Shown one piece after another: positions 18,980 to 28,031 of a stretch of 64,000 nt of DNA (positions within the stretch are counted from its first letter, which is position 1; every line of letters starts with the position of its first letter). The position numbers and the translations under genes were made by a program. The notes under the pieces are model-generated. The model ran no database searches. It saw only the letters and a list, made by a program, of their open reading frames with translations, and was not told the origin of the DNA. The stretch is from Bdellovibrionales bacterium RIFOXYD12_FULL_39_22 (GTDB lineage Bacteria > Bdellovibrionota > Bacteriovoracia > Bacteriovoracales > Bacteriovoracaceae), in assembly GCA_001770205.1 (NCBI GenBank), contig MEQL01000012.1, positions 1 through 64,000 of the forward strand, read 5' to 3'.

Positions 18980-20194
18980 ATGAAAAAAATTCGAAATATC
19001 GGAATAATCACCAGCGGTGGTGATTGTGGTGGATTAAATGCAGTTATTAGTGGTGCCGCCAAAGTTGCGCTCAATATGGGAATCAAACTTTTTGTTATCC
19101 CTAACGGATACGCCGGACTTTACAATCTCAAAACAACTGAAAAATTAACCGAACTATCACAAGATCGCATTGAAAAAGTTCACTCCGCCTTAGCAGGTTC
19201 CGAGGCCGGCCACAGCCGCGTTAAAATTAGAAATATTCAAGATCCACGTAAATATGAAATCATCAAAGAGGGACTAGATAAATTTGAAATAGATGGACTG
19301 ATCATCTCGGGAGGAGATGATACTGGTTCCGTTATTGTCGATCTTGACGCCAATCATATCCCTTGTGTGCATGCTCCTAAAACCATGGATCTTGATTTGC
19401 AAACCTATTCAGTTGGTGCAGACTCTACGATCAATCGCATTTCCCAATTTGCTGAAGACTTAAAAACTACCGGGATGAGTCACAATCGCGCTATCGTGAT
19501 GGAAGTTTTTGGCCGCTATGCTGGCCACACCGCTTTCAAGGGTGGAATCGGTGCCGATGCTGACTGTATCTTGATTCCCGAAATCCCAGTGGATTTTGAT
19601 ATCGTTTATGAACACTACAAACGCATCTTTACTAATCGTGTCCTCACCAGTGATGTACGCGCGGGAACTTACGTTATAATCGTGGCCGAAGGAATTAAAA
19701 CTGCCACCGGCTCTCATATAACTGATGAAACGGTGGGCCTCGACTCTTTTGGCCATAAAAAACTCTCAGGGGCGGCCAAATATGTTCGCGAACAGCTAGA
19801 AAAACGACTATCTGCAGATGAATCCATTCCTCTGTTTATGAAAAATGTTGGCCAATACGTCAAAACCCTTTATGAGCGTCCCGAAATTCGCGAAGTCAAT
19901 CCCGGCCATCTCGTTCGCAGCGGTGGCAGCACCAGCTACGATGTGGCCTTTGGTAAAAGCGTTGGCGGTGCAGCGGTAAAACTTTTAGTTAATGGAACCT
20001 ATGGCGTAACAGTGGCCGGAGTATTTGGCTCTGACATCCATTATATGAAAACCGCTGACGCCATTAAGCAACGCCTTGTCGATCTGGATGAAATTTCTCT
20101 CTACGAGGAAATGGATATCTGCTTCGGTCGACGTCCTGTCCACTTCCAACCTAAGTTTACTGAAATAGTTGGCAAAGTCTGGAGGCATCTATAA
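18980..20194 (+). CDS. pfkA: 6-phosphofructokinase, probably pyrophosphate-dependent
   Basis: TSGGDCGGLN, SGGDDT, PKTMDLD and EVFGRYAG motifs; SD GGAGG. Confidence 0.9.
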   Translation: MKKIRNIGIITSGGDCGGLNAVISGAAKVALNMGIKLFVIPNGYAGLYNLKTTEKLTELSQDRIEKVHSALAGSEAGHSRVKIRNIQDPRKYEIIKEGLDKFEIDGLIISGGDDTGSVIVDLDANHIPCVHAPKTMDLDLQTYSVGADSTINRISQFAEDLKTTGMSHNRAIVMEVFGRYAGHTAFKGGIGADADCILIPEIPVDFDIVYEHYKRIFTNRVLTSDVRAGTYVIIVAEGIKTATGSHITDETVGLDSFGHKKLSGAAKYVREQLEKRLSADESIPLFMKNVGQYVKTLYERPEIREVNPGHLVRSGGSTSYDVAFGKSVGGAAVKLLVNGTYGVTVAGVFGSDIHYMKTADAIKQRLVDLDEISLYEEMDICFGRRPVHFQPKFTEIVGKVWRHL

Positions 20195-20691
20195 AGGCCC
20201 AACATCTACTTTTAATATTGGCGCTTGGACTGCTTGAAAGTTTTTACGCTCAAGCAGTCAGTGTCCTAAATATCGATTTTATCTATGCCGGTTACAGCGA
20301 AAAATTTGAAGGATCGACTTCTGCCTCTTCTGGCTCCTCTCTAAAAACCAATACAACGATGTTTTTTGGAAGCGGGGCCTTCCGCTACGGGCCACTCTTA
20401 CAATATGAAATCCCCTCTGAAAATAGCGCTGAATACATTGCCGGAGGGGCCATAGGAATGGGGGCCAACTATTTTTTGGAGTTAGGAGGCGGTTACTTAA
20501 AAAGAGATTTTGGTTCTTATGAAGAGTCAGGATATGGTTTTATGGCCAAGGTTGGTAAACATTTTTCTTTAGGTTCTGGATATACTGCTCGTATCTCTGT
20601 TCCTTTCATCTACAAGCAGATCACCTCCGGATTGGCCAATAAAACTATCTACAACTATATCCCTTATATTGGGTTGGGAGTTGGATTTTAA
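20191..20691 (+). CDS. Small outer-membrane beta-barrel protein (start ATA 20191 or TTG 20218)
   Basis: Amphipathic strands and C-terminal YIGLGVGF. A full signal peptide forms only if translation starts at the in-frame ATA 20191 behind GGAGG. Confidence 0.65.
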   Translation: MKAQHLLLILALGLLESFYAQAVSVLNIDFIYAGYSEKFEGSTSASSGSSLKTNTTMFFGSGAFRYGPLLQYEIPSENSAEYIAGGAIGMGANYFLELGGGYLKRDFGSYEESGYGFMAKVGKHFSLGSGYTARISVPFIYKQITSGLANKTIYNYIPYIGLGVGF

Positions 20692-20692
20692 A

Positions 20693-21286
20693 GTGAGAAA
20701 AATTCCCTCCCTTTTTTTGCATCTACTCTTCTTATTTGCTCTTTACGCTTGTGGCAACGGCGATCCTATGTTTACCAACGCCGGAAATTGTGTCGGTTAT
20801 AGCGCTAATGCTTCTTCTGATTACGTACTTCCTTATCCGTCCGGAGAATCTCATCTATTAACCCAGGGCAACTGTAGTGATTTTTCGCATAAAGATCATA
20901 ATCGCTACGCTTATGATTTTGCCATGGACATTGGGGATAATATTGCGGCCGTGCGCGCAGGAACCGTTATCTACGTCAAAGAAGATAGTGTTGATGGGAA
21001 CGGTGGTTTAGAGGCCAATGTTATTTACATTCGTCATAGCGACAATACAATTGCTCAATATGCTCACCTTACCTACAACGGCGCGCTGGTGGCAACCAAT
21101 CAAGTTGTATCCCAGGGACAACTAATTGGACACTCTGGCAACACGGGATATAGTACCGGGCCACACCTCCATTTCCAGATTTTAAAAGATTCTACCTCTT
21201 CTGAAACAATACCCATAACTTTTAGCAACAGCGATCCAGAAGCGGTCGGCCCCCTTCTAGAAAATATTGAGTATACCGCGATATAG
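20693..21286 (+). CDS. M23 family metallopeptidase lipoprotein
   Basis: Lipobox LYAC; H...AYDF, YAHL and GNTGYSTGPHLHF motifs. Start taken as GTG 20693. Confidence 0.88.
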   Translation: MRKIPSLFLHLLFLFALYACGNGDPMFTNAGNCVGYSANASSDYVLPYPSGESHLLTQGNCSDFSHKDHNRYAYDFAMDIGDNIAAVRAGTVIYVKEDSVDGNGGLEANVIYIRHSDNTIAQYAHLTYNGALVATNQVVSQGQLIGHSGNTGYSTGPHLHFQILKDSTSSETIPITFSNSDPEAVGPLLENIEYTAI

Positions 21287-21310
21287 CTATATCACTATGC
21301 AACCTTCTTC

Positions 21311-22765
21311 TTATGCCCAATAAGGGAGGTAGTAGTGATCTTTTCGATTATCTGCTGGGTTTGCCAAGCGAATTTTTCCCAAGGCCACTGCCTCATCAAT
21401 CAATTTATAAACTTTGTTACTATCATTTCGTCCTAACTTAAAACGCTCTCTAATTGATCTCCCGGTAGTTTTTCGAGCAATAACATCATTAATGCAAGCA
21501 TGTTGAAAAATTGCATTCAATTTTTGCTCTTTGGTCATTTTATCAAATGTTTTTCCTACAAACATAATGGCCTTAAAAAAATCTACCCCATCAAAAAACT
21601 TAATAGAGGGATGGCCATTTATTTCCATGGCCATTACTGCCTTATCAATGCCACTGCCTCTCTCTTCCGCAAAATGCAACTTTCTCATAAGGTCTGAAAG
21701 GACCTCGTTTCTGGTTCTTGAAGGATGATCAATTAAGCGATCAATAGTTATTTCAGGCAGTAATCCGCCCGGATTGGAAATTTCCACTCGATCAGTAAAA
21801 AGCTCAATTAAAATATAAGCATTCGTAACGTTGTAATCTCGATGGATAATGGCATTTGCCACAATTTCTCTAATAGCAATTTCCGGAATAAGCGATTCAC
21901 AAATTACCGATGCCCGACTAATCTTTTCAGTGTAGGGAAGCCAATCAATTAAGGTTGAAACAATTCTATCCAAACTTAAACTATAACCGTGATTAAAAGT
22001 TTTATCTCTCCTGGCCGACATCTTTGTAGTACCCTTATATTCTACCAGTCTGACCGCAAATCTCTCATAAGACGGCAAAAGAGAAAAATCCTTAGCACAG
22101 ACCTGAACCGCCAAGTTAGTTGGAATAAATTCGTCCTCATCAACTCGGTGGAGCAACTTTAATGAGTATAAGTAATCATAGTAACTTTTCTTATCTGTAA
22201 AACCCGCAGGCCTCATTCGCTTCATAACTTCTGAAAAATCAAAATAATCCTCCCAGTGCGCCAATACCTCCGAATTTAAAGTGGCGGGAATTTCGCCAAA
22301 ACGAATTTTTCGAGAACTAATAATTGCATTTCTCAATTCCTCTTTACTCATTGGCCGAGATTGTCCTCCGGCCCGAATATAAGAGTGCTCTAAACTTTTG
22401 TTAACCAAATGCACTGGCTTTTCAAAAGACTCCTCGACATAAACACCGAGAAGTGATTTTTCTTCAAAAATAAAAGTCACAAATTTTATATTAATCTGTG
22501 GATCAACAGAGGTTCGAGCAATATTGGCCAAATAGTCTGCAATATAACGACTGCTCTCATCATCAATCCCCACAACGGTCCCATCGTTATTTATGCCAAA
22601 AACTAAAAAACCTCCACCTTGTAAATTGGAAAATGCGGAAAGATGTTTTTTCAAACGCTCTTTCTTATTAGAAAGCATTACTTTCCAATCAATCTCATTC
22701 AATTCCTGCGGAATTGGGCGTAAACTTTTCCTAAGCAGTAGTATACATTTTTCATCAAGCTTCAC
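21311..22765 (-). CDS. AlbA_2 (Schlafen-like) domain + HATPase_c_4 + C-terminal HTH-like protein
   Basis: NEIDWK, SAFSNLQGGGFLVFGINNDG, AIREIVANAIIHRDY, DRVEISNPGG, RN, EERGSG and terminal YLPYWA. Confidence 0.85.
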   Translation of the reverse strand: MKLDEKCILLLRKSLRPIPQELNEIDWKVMLSNKKERLKKHLSAFSNLQGGGFLVFGINNDGTVVGIDDESSRYIADYLANIARTSVDPQINIKFVTFIFEEKSLLGVYVEESFEKPVHLVNKSLEHSYIRAGGQSRPMSKEELRNAIISSRKIRFGEIPATLNSEVLAHWEDYFDFSEVMKRMRPAGFTDKKSYYDYLYSLKLLHRVDEDEFIPTNLAVQVCAKDFSLLPSYERFAVRLVEYKGTTKMSARRDKTFNHGYSLSLDRIVSTLIDWLPYTEKISRASVICESLIPEIAIREIVANAIIHRDYNVTNAYILIELFTDRVEISNPGGLLPEITIDRLIDHPSRTRNEVLSDLMRKLHFAEERGSGIDKAVMAMEINGHPSIKFFDGVDFFKAIMFVGKTFDKMTKEQKLNAIFQHACINDVIARKTTGRSIRERFKLGRNDSNKVYKLIDEAVALGKIRLANPADNRKDHYYLPYWA

Positions 22766-22847
22766 GCGAGGCCCTCTCTTATCTATTATAATCTATCTGC
22801 TTCCAAAATGGTGTTTAATTTTTTTACCCTTTGTATTAAAATTAACT

Positions 22848-23231
22848 ATGGCAATTTTACGACATGTTCTAATCGTTGATGATGAAGAAGATATTCTCGA
22901 TCTACTCGCCGATGCCTTCCCCCCTGAACATTTTGTCATTCATACTGCTAATAAGGCCAGCGATGCATTTCAATGTATCCTGGATAATTTTATTGATGTT
23001 CTTATTACTGATATTAGAATGGAATACGATAATGGAGGTATTGAATTGTTAAATCAAATTGGCTCCCTCCCGGCCAATGATCGGCCAATAATCTTCGTCA
23101 TAACCGGAGAAGAGGATCTTACTCCGGAAGAATCTAAAGAATATAAAGTTCATCGCTACCTAAAAAAACCATTTAAAATTGAAGAGTTGACCGCTGAAAT
23201 AAAAACCCTTACGGCCAAAAATAAATATTAA
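22848..23231 (+). CDS. Single-domain response regulator
   Basis: VLIVDDE, LITDIRM, ITG and KKPF motifs. Start reassigned to ATG 22848 because the longer ORF overlaps the antisense gene. Confidence 0.85.
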   Translation: MAILRHVLIVDDEEDILDLLADAFPPEHFVIHTANKASDAFQCILDNFIDVLITDIRMEYDNGGIELLNQIGSLPANDRPIIFVITGEEDLTPEESKEYKVHRYLKKPFKIEELTAEIKTLTAKNKY

Positions 23232-23238
23232 TAAATAG

Positions 23239-23267
23239 TGCAACCTTTTTATCATGCCAAACGTTTA
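23239..23267 (+). promoter_or_regulatory. Putative ECF-sigma autoregulatory promoter
   Basis: TGCAAC-N17-CGTTTA directly upstream of the ECF sigma gene, matching the general AAC-N16/17-CGT pattern. Confidence 0.6.
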
Positions 23268-23300
23268 GTTTGTAAAGAATACCAAACAAGGAAGATAACC

Positions 23301-23846
23301 TTGAACATAGCTGGTGTTAAACCTGAAATAGTAAAAAAATTACAAGAAGGAGTTCCCTCTCTAAAAGAGGCCTACGATATGTACCATAAGGATGTTTTTG
23401 CCATTTCTTACCATTTTCTAAATAACCTCCAGGAGGCCGAGGATATTGTACAAGATGTCTTTATAAAATATTCAGAAAAAAAAGAAGAGCTTACTAACGA
23501 CAATATCTTTTCCTGGATTAAGCGAGTAACGGTAAATAAGTGCTTCGATCAAAGCAGAAAATTTAACAAAATACTGCGATATGCCCAAACAGTGTTTGGG
23601 GAAGATGGCCCCTCGGTTAATTCTACCTTACCCAGCGAATACAAAAATGAATTGGCCCAGGCCTTATCTTATATCGATGAAAAATCCAGAATGATTTTAA
23701 TTTTAAAATTTATGTACGAAATGGACTATGAAGAAATTTCTGCCATGATGAACTCTCCAGTGGGAACATTAAAATCTCTAGTGTCACGCGCTTTAGATAA
23801 AATTAATAAGCATCACACAAAAGGGAGGCCTTATGAAAGAGCATAA
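23301..23846 (+). CDS. ECF-type RNA polymerase sigma factor
   Basis: AEDIVQDVF and SWIKRVTVNKCFD (region 2); YEEISAMMNSPVGTLKSLVSRA (region 4). TTG 23301 follows AAGGAAG. Confidence 0.9.
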   Translation: MNIAGVKPEIVKKLQEGVPSLKEAYDMYHKDVFAISYHFLNNLQEAEDIVQDVFIKYSEKKEELTNDNIFSWIKRVTVNKCFDQSRKFNKILRYAQTVFGEDGPSVNSTLPSEYKNELAQALSYIDEKSRMILILKFMYEMDYEEISAMMNSPVGTLKSLVSRALDKINKHHTKGRPYERA

Positions 23847-24255
23847 CGAAAATGAGATTAAAGGCCTTTTTAAAAACTCAAAACAAACGCTCCTACAACA
23901 GTGGCAAGGTAGTAACACTTGCTGGCACAAAGTAGAAAAAACTAATGAACGGCCGCCAACCTTATTAATTCTAAAAATATTAAAGTTATCAAACTATAAT
24001 TTGAAGGCCACTGCGCTGGCCACTTTTGCCATTTTAGCAATTATAATTTTAAATTTTTTAATAATAGATCCACAAACTTCCAATAGTGAAATCGTCATTT
24101 CCTACGAAGACTATCTTGATTACTACGATCTTGATCCTATTTATCAAGAATTTGATCTGTTGGCGCAAACAAGCATTGAACAAAGTGGCGAGTATGACGA
24201 CTTAGAAAATGAAACAACTATTGACCTGCTTGAAGAAATTATTCAAGCGATATAA
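23833..24255 (+). CDS. Putative single-TM anti-sigma factor
   Basis: Overlaps the sigma gene 3' end, one TM helix, acidic C-terminal tail. Confidence 0.6.
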   Translation: MKEHNENEIKGLFKNSKQTLLQQWQGSNTCWHKVEKTNERPPTLLILKILKLSNYNLKATALATFAILAIIILNFLIIDPQTSNSEIVISYEDYLDYYDLDPIYQEFDLLAQTSIEQSGEYDDLENETTIDLLEEIIQAI

Positions 24256-24268
24256 CCAGGAGACTTTT

Positions 24269-24793
24269 ATGGCAAAAATACTTACCTTAATTATGGCCTT
24301 ACTATTTACACAATTAACCTTCGCTCAAAATGGTGGGCCCAAAATGTCAGCAAACGGAAAAGGAAATGGCGGCCCTCACGCCCAAGCAAATGGCCCTCAC
24401 CATGAACCTCGTGGCGGTGGAATGATGGCGCTGATGACCGATTTGAATTTAACCAAAGAACAACTACAAACCTTAAAAGAGTTAAAGCAAAAGCAGGCCG
24501 AACGACAATTAAAAAATCGCAATCAACAAAGTGAACTTCGCCTTCAGTTTCAAAATGAAATATCTTCTAAAAAACCAGACGATAAAAAGATTGATGAATT
24601 GATTGATCAAATGGGAGAAAATATGAAAACAACTCTGCGTGAACGTGTTCAATCATTAAAGGATTTCAAGTCTGTTTTAACCAAAGAGCAATTGGAAAAG
24701 CTCGACATGCAACAATTCTTTGACGGCCAAGGTGGAGGCATGGGGGGCGGAATGCGTGGAGGACGTGCCGGTGGTGGGCCTGGGGGATTTTAA
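24269..24793 (+). CDS. Spy/CpxP (LTXXQ) family periplasmic protein
   Basis: Signal peptide, LNLTKEQ and VLTKEQ motifs, Gly/Met/His-rich termini; SD AGGAG before ATG 24269. Confidence 0.8.
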   Translation: MAKILTLIMALLFTQLTFAQNGGPKMSANGKGNGGPHAQANGPHHEPRGGGMMALMTDLNLTKEQLQTLKELKQKQAERQLKNRNQQSELRLQFQNEISSKKPDDKKIDELIDQMGENMKTTLRERVQSLKDFKSVLTKEQLEKLDMQQFFDGQGGGMGGGMRGGRAGGGPGGF

Positions 24794-24815
24794 CTATCAC
24801 CGTACCGTGGCGCGA

Positions 24816-25166
24816 TCACTCCTTTCTACGAAAAGCACTAGGCAAAATATCTACTCCGACTTTTCTACCAATTTTTACAATAAGCGGTATGGTAATTGGG
24901 GCCAAGGGTAAAAAAGCAAAAATACCGATACCTAAGGCCCTAATCAAATCGCGGAATTGTTCATTGGCCTTATTCATTTCTATGCGACTAACTTCTCCAC
25001 TGGTATATTTAGCATACGTTGCCAGCATGCTTTTTGTCTCAGAACTCTCTTCGGCCAACGCGGCCTTAAGTGTCAATAATTCAGTAATGAGTTCATTTTT
25101 TAACCTTCGCCCCTGCGTTGAGATAAAATCAGAAATAAAATTATATGTTTTTTTTACTAATCTCAA
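24816..25166 (-). CDS. Small LETM1-like hypothetical protein
   Basis: ANEQFRDLIR...FLPLAPITIPLIVK...LPSAF resembles bacterial LETM1-related proteins. Confidence 0.55.
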   Translation of the reverse strand: MRLVKKTYNFISDFISTQGRRLKNELITELLTLKAALAEESSETKSMLATYAKYTSGEVSRIEMNKANEQFRDLIRALGIGIFAFLPLAPITIPLIVKIGRKVGVDILPSAFRRKE

Positions 25167-25187
25167 AATTCTAATCTCCTACTCCCT

Positions 25188-25652
25188 CTAGCGAAGTGCC
25201 TCTTTTATTTTTTTTGCATCATAAGATGATGCCTTCGGCCCTAGCTTCCATACCCCATCAAACTTCTTAAATGTCATCCAATAAGGTACTGACACTATCG
25301 AAAATTCCTGCTGTAAATATCTATTAACTTCGACAGCAACTGGAAGCAAAATCTCATTTTTTTTTAAAAAATGCGCAATTCGTTTACTATCTTTATCGAT
25401 GCTGACAGTCAAAACATCCACATCATTTCTTTTGTCCAGCTCAACCAATTCATGAAGCAATTTCCCCCTACATTCACTGCACCAAGTTGCCCAAAAATAG
25501 ATTAATTTTTTATCACTCCCGGCCTGCCAATCAATCCTCTGGCCAGCAAGAGATGCAAATTCTAGACGCGAAAAATCCAGTCTGTCTCCTGCAGAATAGG
25601 CGGAAAAAACAGAAAATGTAACTATAGAAAACATCCAGAAAAACTTTAACAT
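25188..25652 (-). CDS. TlpA/ResA-like thiol-disulfide oxidoreductase
   Basis: FWATWCSEC motif, cis-Pro SVP, signal peptide. Confidence 0.85.
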   Translation of the reverse strand: MLKFFWMFSIVTFSVFSAYSAGDRLDFSRLEFASLAGQRIDWQAGSDKKLIYFWATWCSECRGKLLHELVELDKRNDVDVLTVSIDKDSKRIAHFLKKNEILLPVAVEVNRYLQQEFSIVSVPYWMTFKKFDGVWKLGPKASSYDAKKIKEALR

Positions 25653-25662
25653 AATAATCTTA

Positions 25663-26220
25663 CTACCACTTTCCCGTTATCTCTTTTAGCTTATCTACCG
25701 AATAAATTCCATGATGTCGCAAAACGATTCCCTTGGCCGGATCATTAACAACAATACAAGGGACGGTGTTCTCGGCACAAAGCAATTTAAACAGCTTTGC
25801 CTGCTCATCCAATCCTATTGCCCAAGGAATTTTATGAATGTCACGCCACCATATGGCGTCCTCAGGATAGACAGCAACTAAAATCGTAAGCAAATTTATA
25901 TTTGCAGGTGGACTTTCACGATCTTGCAATGCTTGCAAGATTGCCTGAGTTTCTTCCACACAAGTCTCGCAAGTATCTGTGGAAAACAATAATATTGAAA
26001 ATTTTTTATCATCATCTGCCAAATCAATCGTTCCACCATCTAAATTAGAAACTTTGTAATTTAAAACATAACGCTCATCTTCGTTTGGCCGTAAATTATC
26101 TTCTCCGCCCACGACTTCATTTTTTGGTTTCTCTGCTTTATAGCGTAAATTAGCTCCACAACCAGCAAAAAAGAATGCCCCCATTGCTAATAAGAATAAG
26201 GATTTCTTTAAAATGTCCAT
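25663..26220 (-). CDS. Thioredoxin-fold (TlpA-like) lipoprotein
   Basis: Lipobox FAGC, DTCETC motif, TVP. Confidence 0.75.
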   Translation of the reverse strand: MDILKKSLFLLAMGAFFFAGCGANLRYKAEKPKNEVVGGEDNLRPNEDERYVLNYKVSNLDGGTIDLADDDKKFSILLFSTDTCETCVEETQAILQALQDRESPPANINLLTILVAVYPEDAIWWRDIHKIPWAIGLDEQAKLFKLLCAENTVPCIVVNDPAKGIVLRHHGIYSVDKLKEITGKW

Positions 26221-27236
26221 ACTGTGTTAACCTTCAAATTAAATGATCGCAATGTAGCGTTGGTTATTGTATGACTTGCCGCCAAATCAATATTAACAGA
26301 AGACGTCAGTGCATATTTCCCACCAAGAATATAAGTGTCACTACCTAAAACATTGTATTCAAAAACACGCCGATTATCTTCTTCCTCTACCCCCAAAGCA
26401 TACCCAGCAAAAAGCAATAAATCATAATTAGCTTCATAAAATAATTCGGTCGAAATAGTGGTAACTCTAAAATACCCACGATTATCAAATAAGGGATCAT
26501 CATGATCTTCTTGAATTCGTAGCAAATGCAGTTGCGTAAAACAAGAATCTGACAAAGCATATGCCAATTTCATAGATCCACCCAAATGCGCAGGCCGTTC
26601 ATACTGTCGCTGTCCAATAAAAAAGCTTGCCTTACTCTTTAAATTCTCACTCCACATCTGCTGATAAAATATTTCAAGTCTCTTTCCATTAACATGATCC
26701 CAACTACGTTTCAGTTGGAAATTTTCAATATCTCTAAAATAACTAACTGGTGTTCGCTGTTGAAAAACAATCAGCTCGGTCCCTAAGGTTGATGACTTAT
26801 TATAGAAATCTTGCGCTACCTTTAAACGCCCACCATAACTGGCCTGCGGACCATCATTCAAATTACCAAACAGTGCAACAGAAGATAAAAAACCATTACG
26901 TGTAAATTCTAAAGTATTATCAAATATCACTTCGTTTTGCTCATCCCAGTGATCACTCAACCTTGACTCTACACCTTTAACATCATAAATTTTATAATTT
27001 TGATAGTCCGATGCCCACTGTTTGATTTTTCCAAAATATTGAAAATTACGATAGCGATCGGAAGAAAATCCTATTTCTACAGCAGTACTATTTTTTACCC
27101 CAACCTTTGCTGTTTGATCATCCATCTCCAATATCGACTGCCTGGTCTGGCCAGAAGAGATGGCCATACTTACTGCCGCTCCATGTACTCCCCACGCAAA
27201 AATAAAACAACAAACTAATGCGCGCAGGTTGAGCAT
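26208..27236 (-). CDS. Outer-membrane beta-barrel, DUF3570-like by gene context
   Basis: Signal peptide, beta-strand periodicity, C-terminal VWTF, and position after a DUF4266-like gene between TlpA genes. Confidence 0.55.
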   Translation of the reverse strand: MLNLRALVCCFIFAWGVHGAAVSMAISSGQTRQSILEMDDQTAKVGVKNSTAVEIGFSSDRYRNFQYFGKIKQWASDYQNYKIYDVKGVESRLSDHWDEQNEVIFDNTLEFTRNGFLSSVALFGNLNDGPQASYGGRLKVAQDFYNKSSTLGTELIVFQQRTPVSYFRDIENFQLKRSWDHVNGKRLEIFYQQMWSENLKSKASFFIGQRQYERPAHLGGSMKLAYALSDSCFTQLHLLRIQEDHDDPLFDNRGYFRVTTISTELFYEANYDLLLFAGYALGVEEEDNRRVFEYNVLGSDTYILGGKYALTSSVNIDLAASHTITNATLRSFNLKVNTVWTF

Positions 27237-27433
27237 GCCCCCCCCCCGGAAACTGCACCAAACGAAGTTAGATTTGTTAAATTAGTGGGGGGAGCTCCCG
27301 CTTGTGAAATAGCACCGTCAACATCCATTCCTGGATGATTCTGTCGACACTGATCGATCCGGGCGGCCGAAGAACATGAAAATAAAAATAGTGAGATAAA
27401 AAAACATTTAACTATGACTAACTGTAAGTCCAT
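27215..27433 (-). CDS. Small lipoprotein, DUF4266-like, with C-terminal GGGACSTCAH
   Basis: Lipobox LFSC, HPGMD segment, Gly-rich Cys-pair C-terminus; lies between a TlpA gene and a barrel gene. Confidence 0.6.
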   Translation of the reverse strand: MDLQLVIVKCFFISLFLFSCSSAARIDQCRQNHPGMDVDGAISQAGAPPTNLTNLTSFGAVSGGGACSTCAH

Positions 27434-27438
27434 ATTAA

Positions 27439-27945
27439 CTATTGTCCTACAATATCACGAATTGCCTGCATATCGACATCAAAGAGTAATCCAATATGCT
27501 TGTAAACAATCTTATTATTCTCGTCTAAAATAAACATTGTCGGGGTATACGCTATGCCGTAAAGCTTGGCCGCTTCCCGATTATTATCAAAAGCAAAAGG
27601 GAAAGTAATATATTGAGCATTTTCGGGCCTGGCCAAAAACTCATTTACTAAATCTAAATTGCGATCAATAGAGGCCGCACGAACTGTTAATTTCCCATCA
27701 AACTCTTTTGATAACTGGTCAAGCGACGGCAAACTCTCTACACAAGGGCCACAATTAATTGATATAAATTCGATCAACACATAACGCTCTCCAGCGTCTC
27801 GACTTTCTACACAGTGAAATTCTACCGAGCGGTCAACCTGCAAATCATCTAGTTTAACACATGATACAACGTCTCCCACCTCATACGCATAAAGATTAAA
27901 GGCAACAACTGAAAATAAAAACGACGTTAACAACATTCCCTTCAT
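27439..27945 (-). CDS. TlpA/ResA-like thiol-disulfide oxidoreductase
   Basis: EFISINCGPCVESLP and YTPTMFILD motifs, signal peptide, SD AAGGAG. Confidence 0.85.
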   Translation of the reverse strand: MKGMLLTSFLFSVVAFNLYAYEVGDVVSCVKLDDLQVDRSVEFHCVESRDAGERYVLIEFISINCGPCVESLPSLDQLSKEFDGKLTVRAASIDRNLDLVNEFLARPENAQYITFPFAFDNNREAAKLYGIAYTPTMFILDENNKIVYKHIGLLFDVDMQAIRDIVGQ

Positions 27946-28031
27946 TTTAAACTCCTTTATTTTTGACTCATATAAATTAGCAGTGAAAAACTAAAAGTTT
28001 AGATGAAGAGTTAGAATTTGTATAGGGTAAA

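Noticed and set aside
22593..22847. 85-aa N-terminal extension of the response regulator ORF
   Set aside because: It is largely the antisense shadow of the AlbA_2 gene; the receiver domain starts at ATG 22848.
21287..22847. AlbA_2 gene as part of a mobile element
   Set aside because: No integrase, transposase, terminal repeats or tRNA target is visible.
27946..28031. Possible frameshifted continuation of the cytochrome (pseudogene of a decaheme)
   Set aside because: No CXXCH remnants follow the stop, and the next gene has its own SD.
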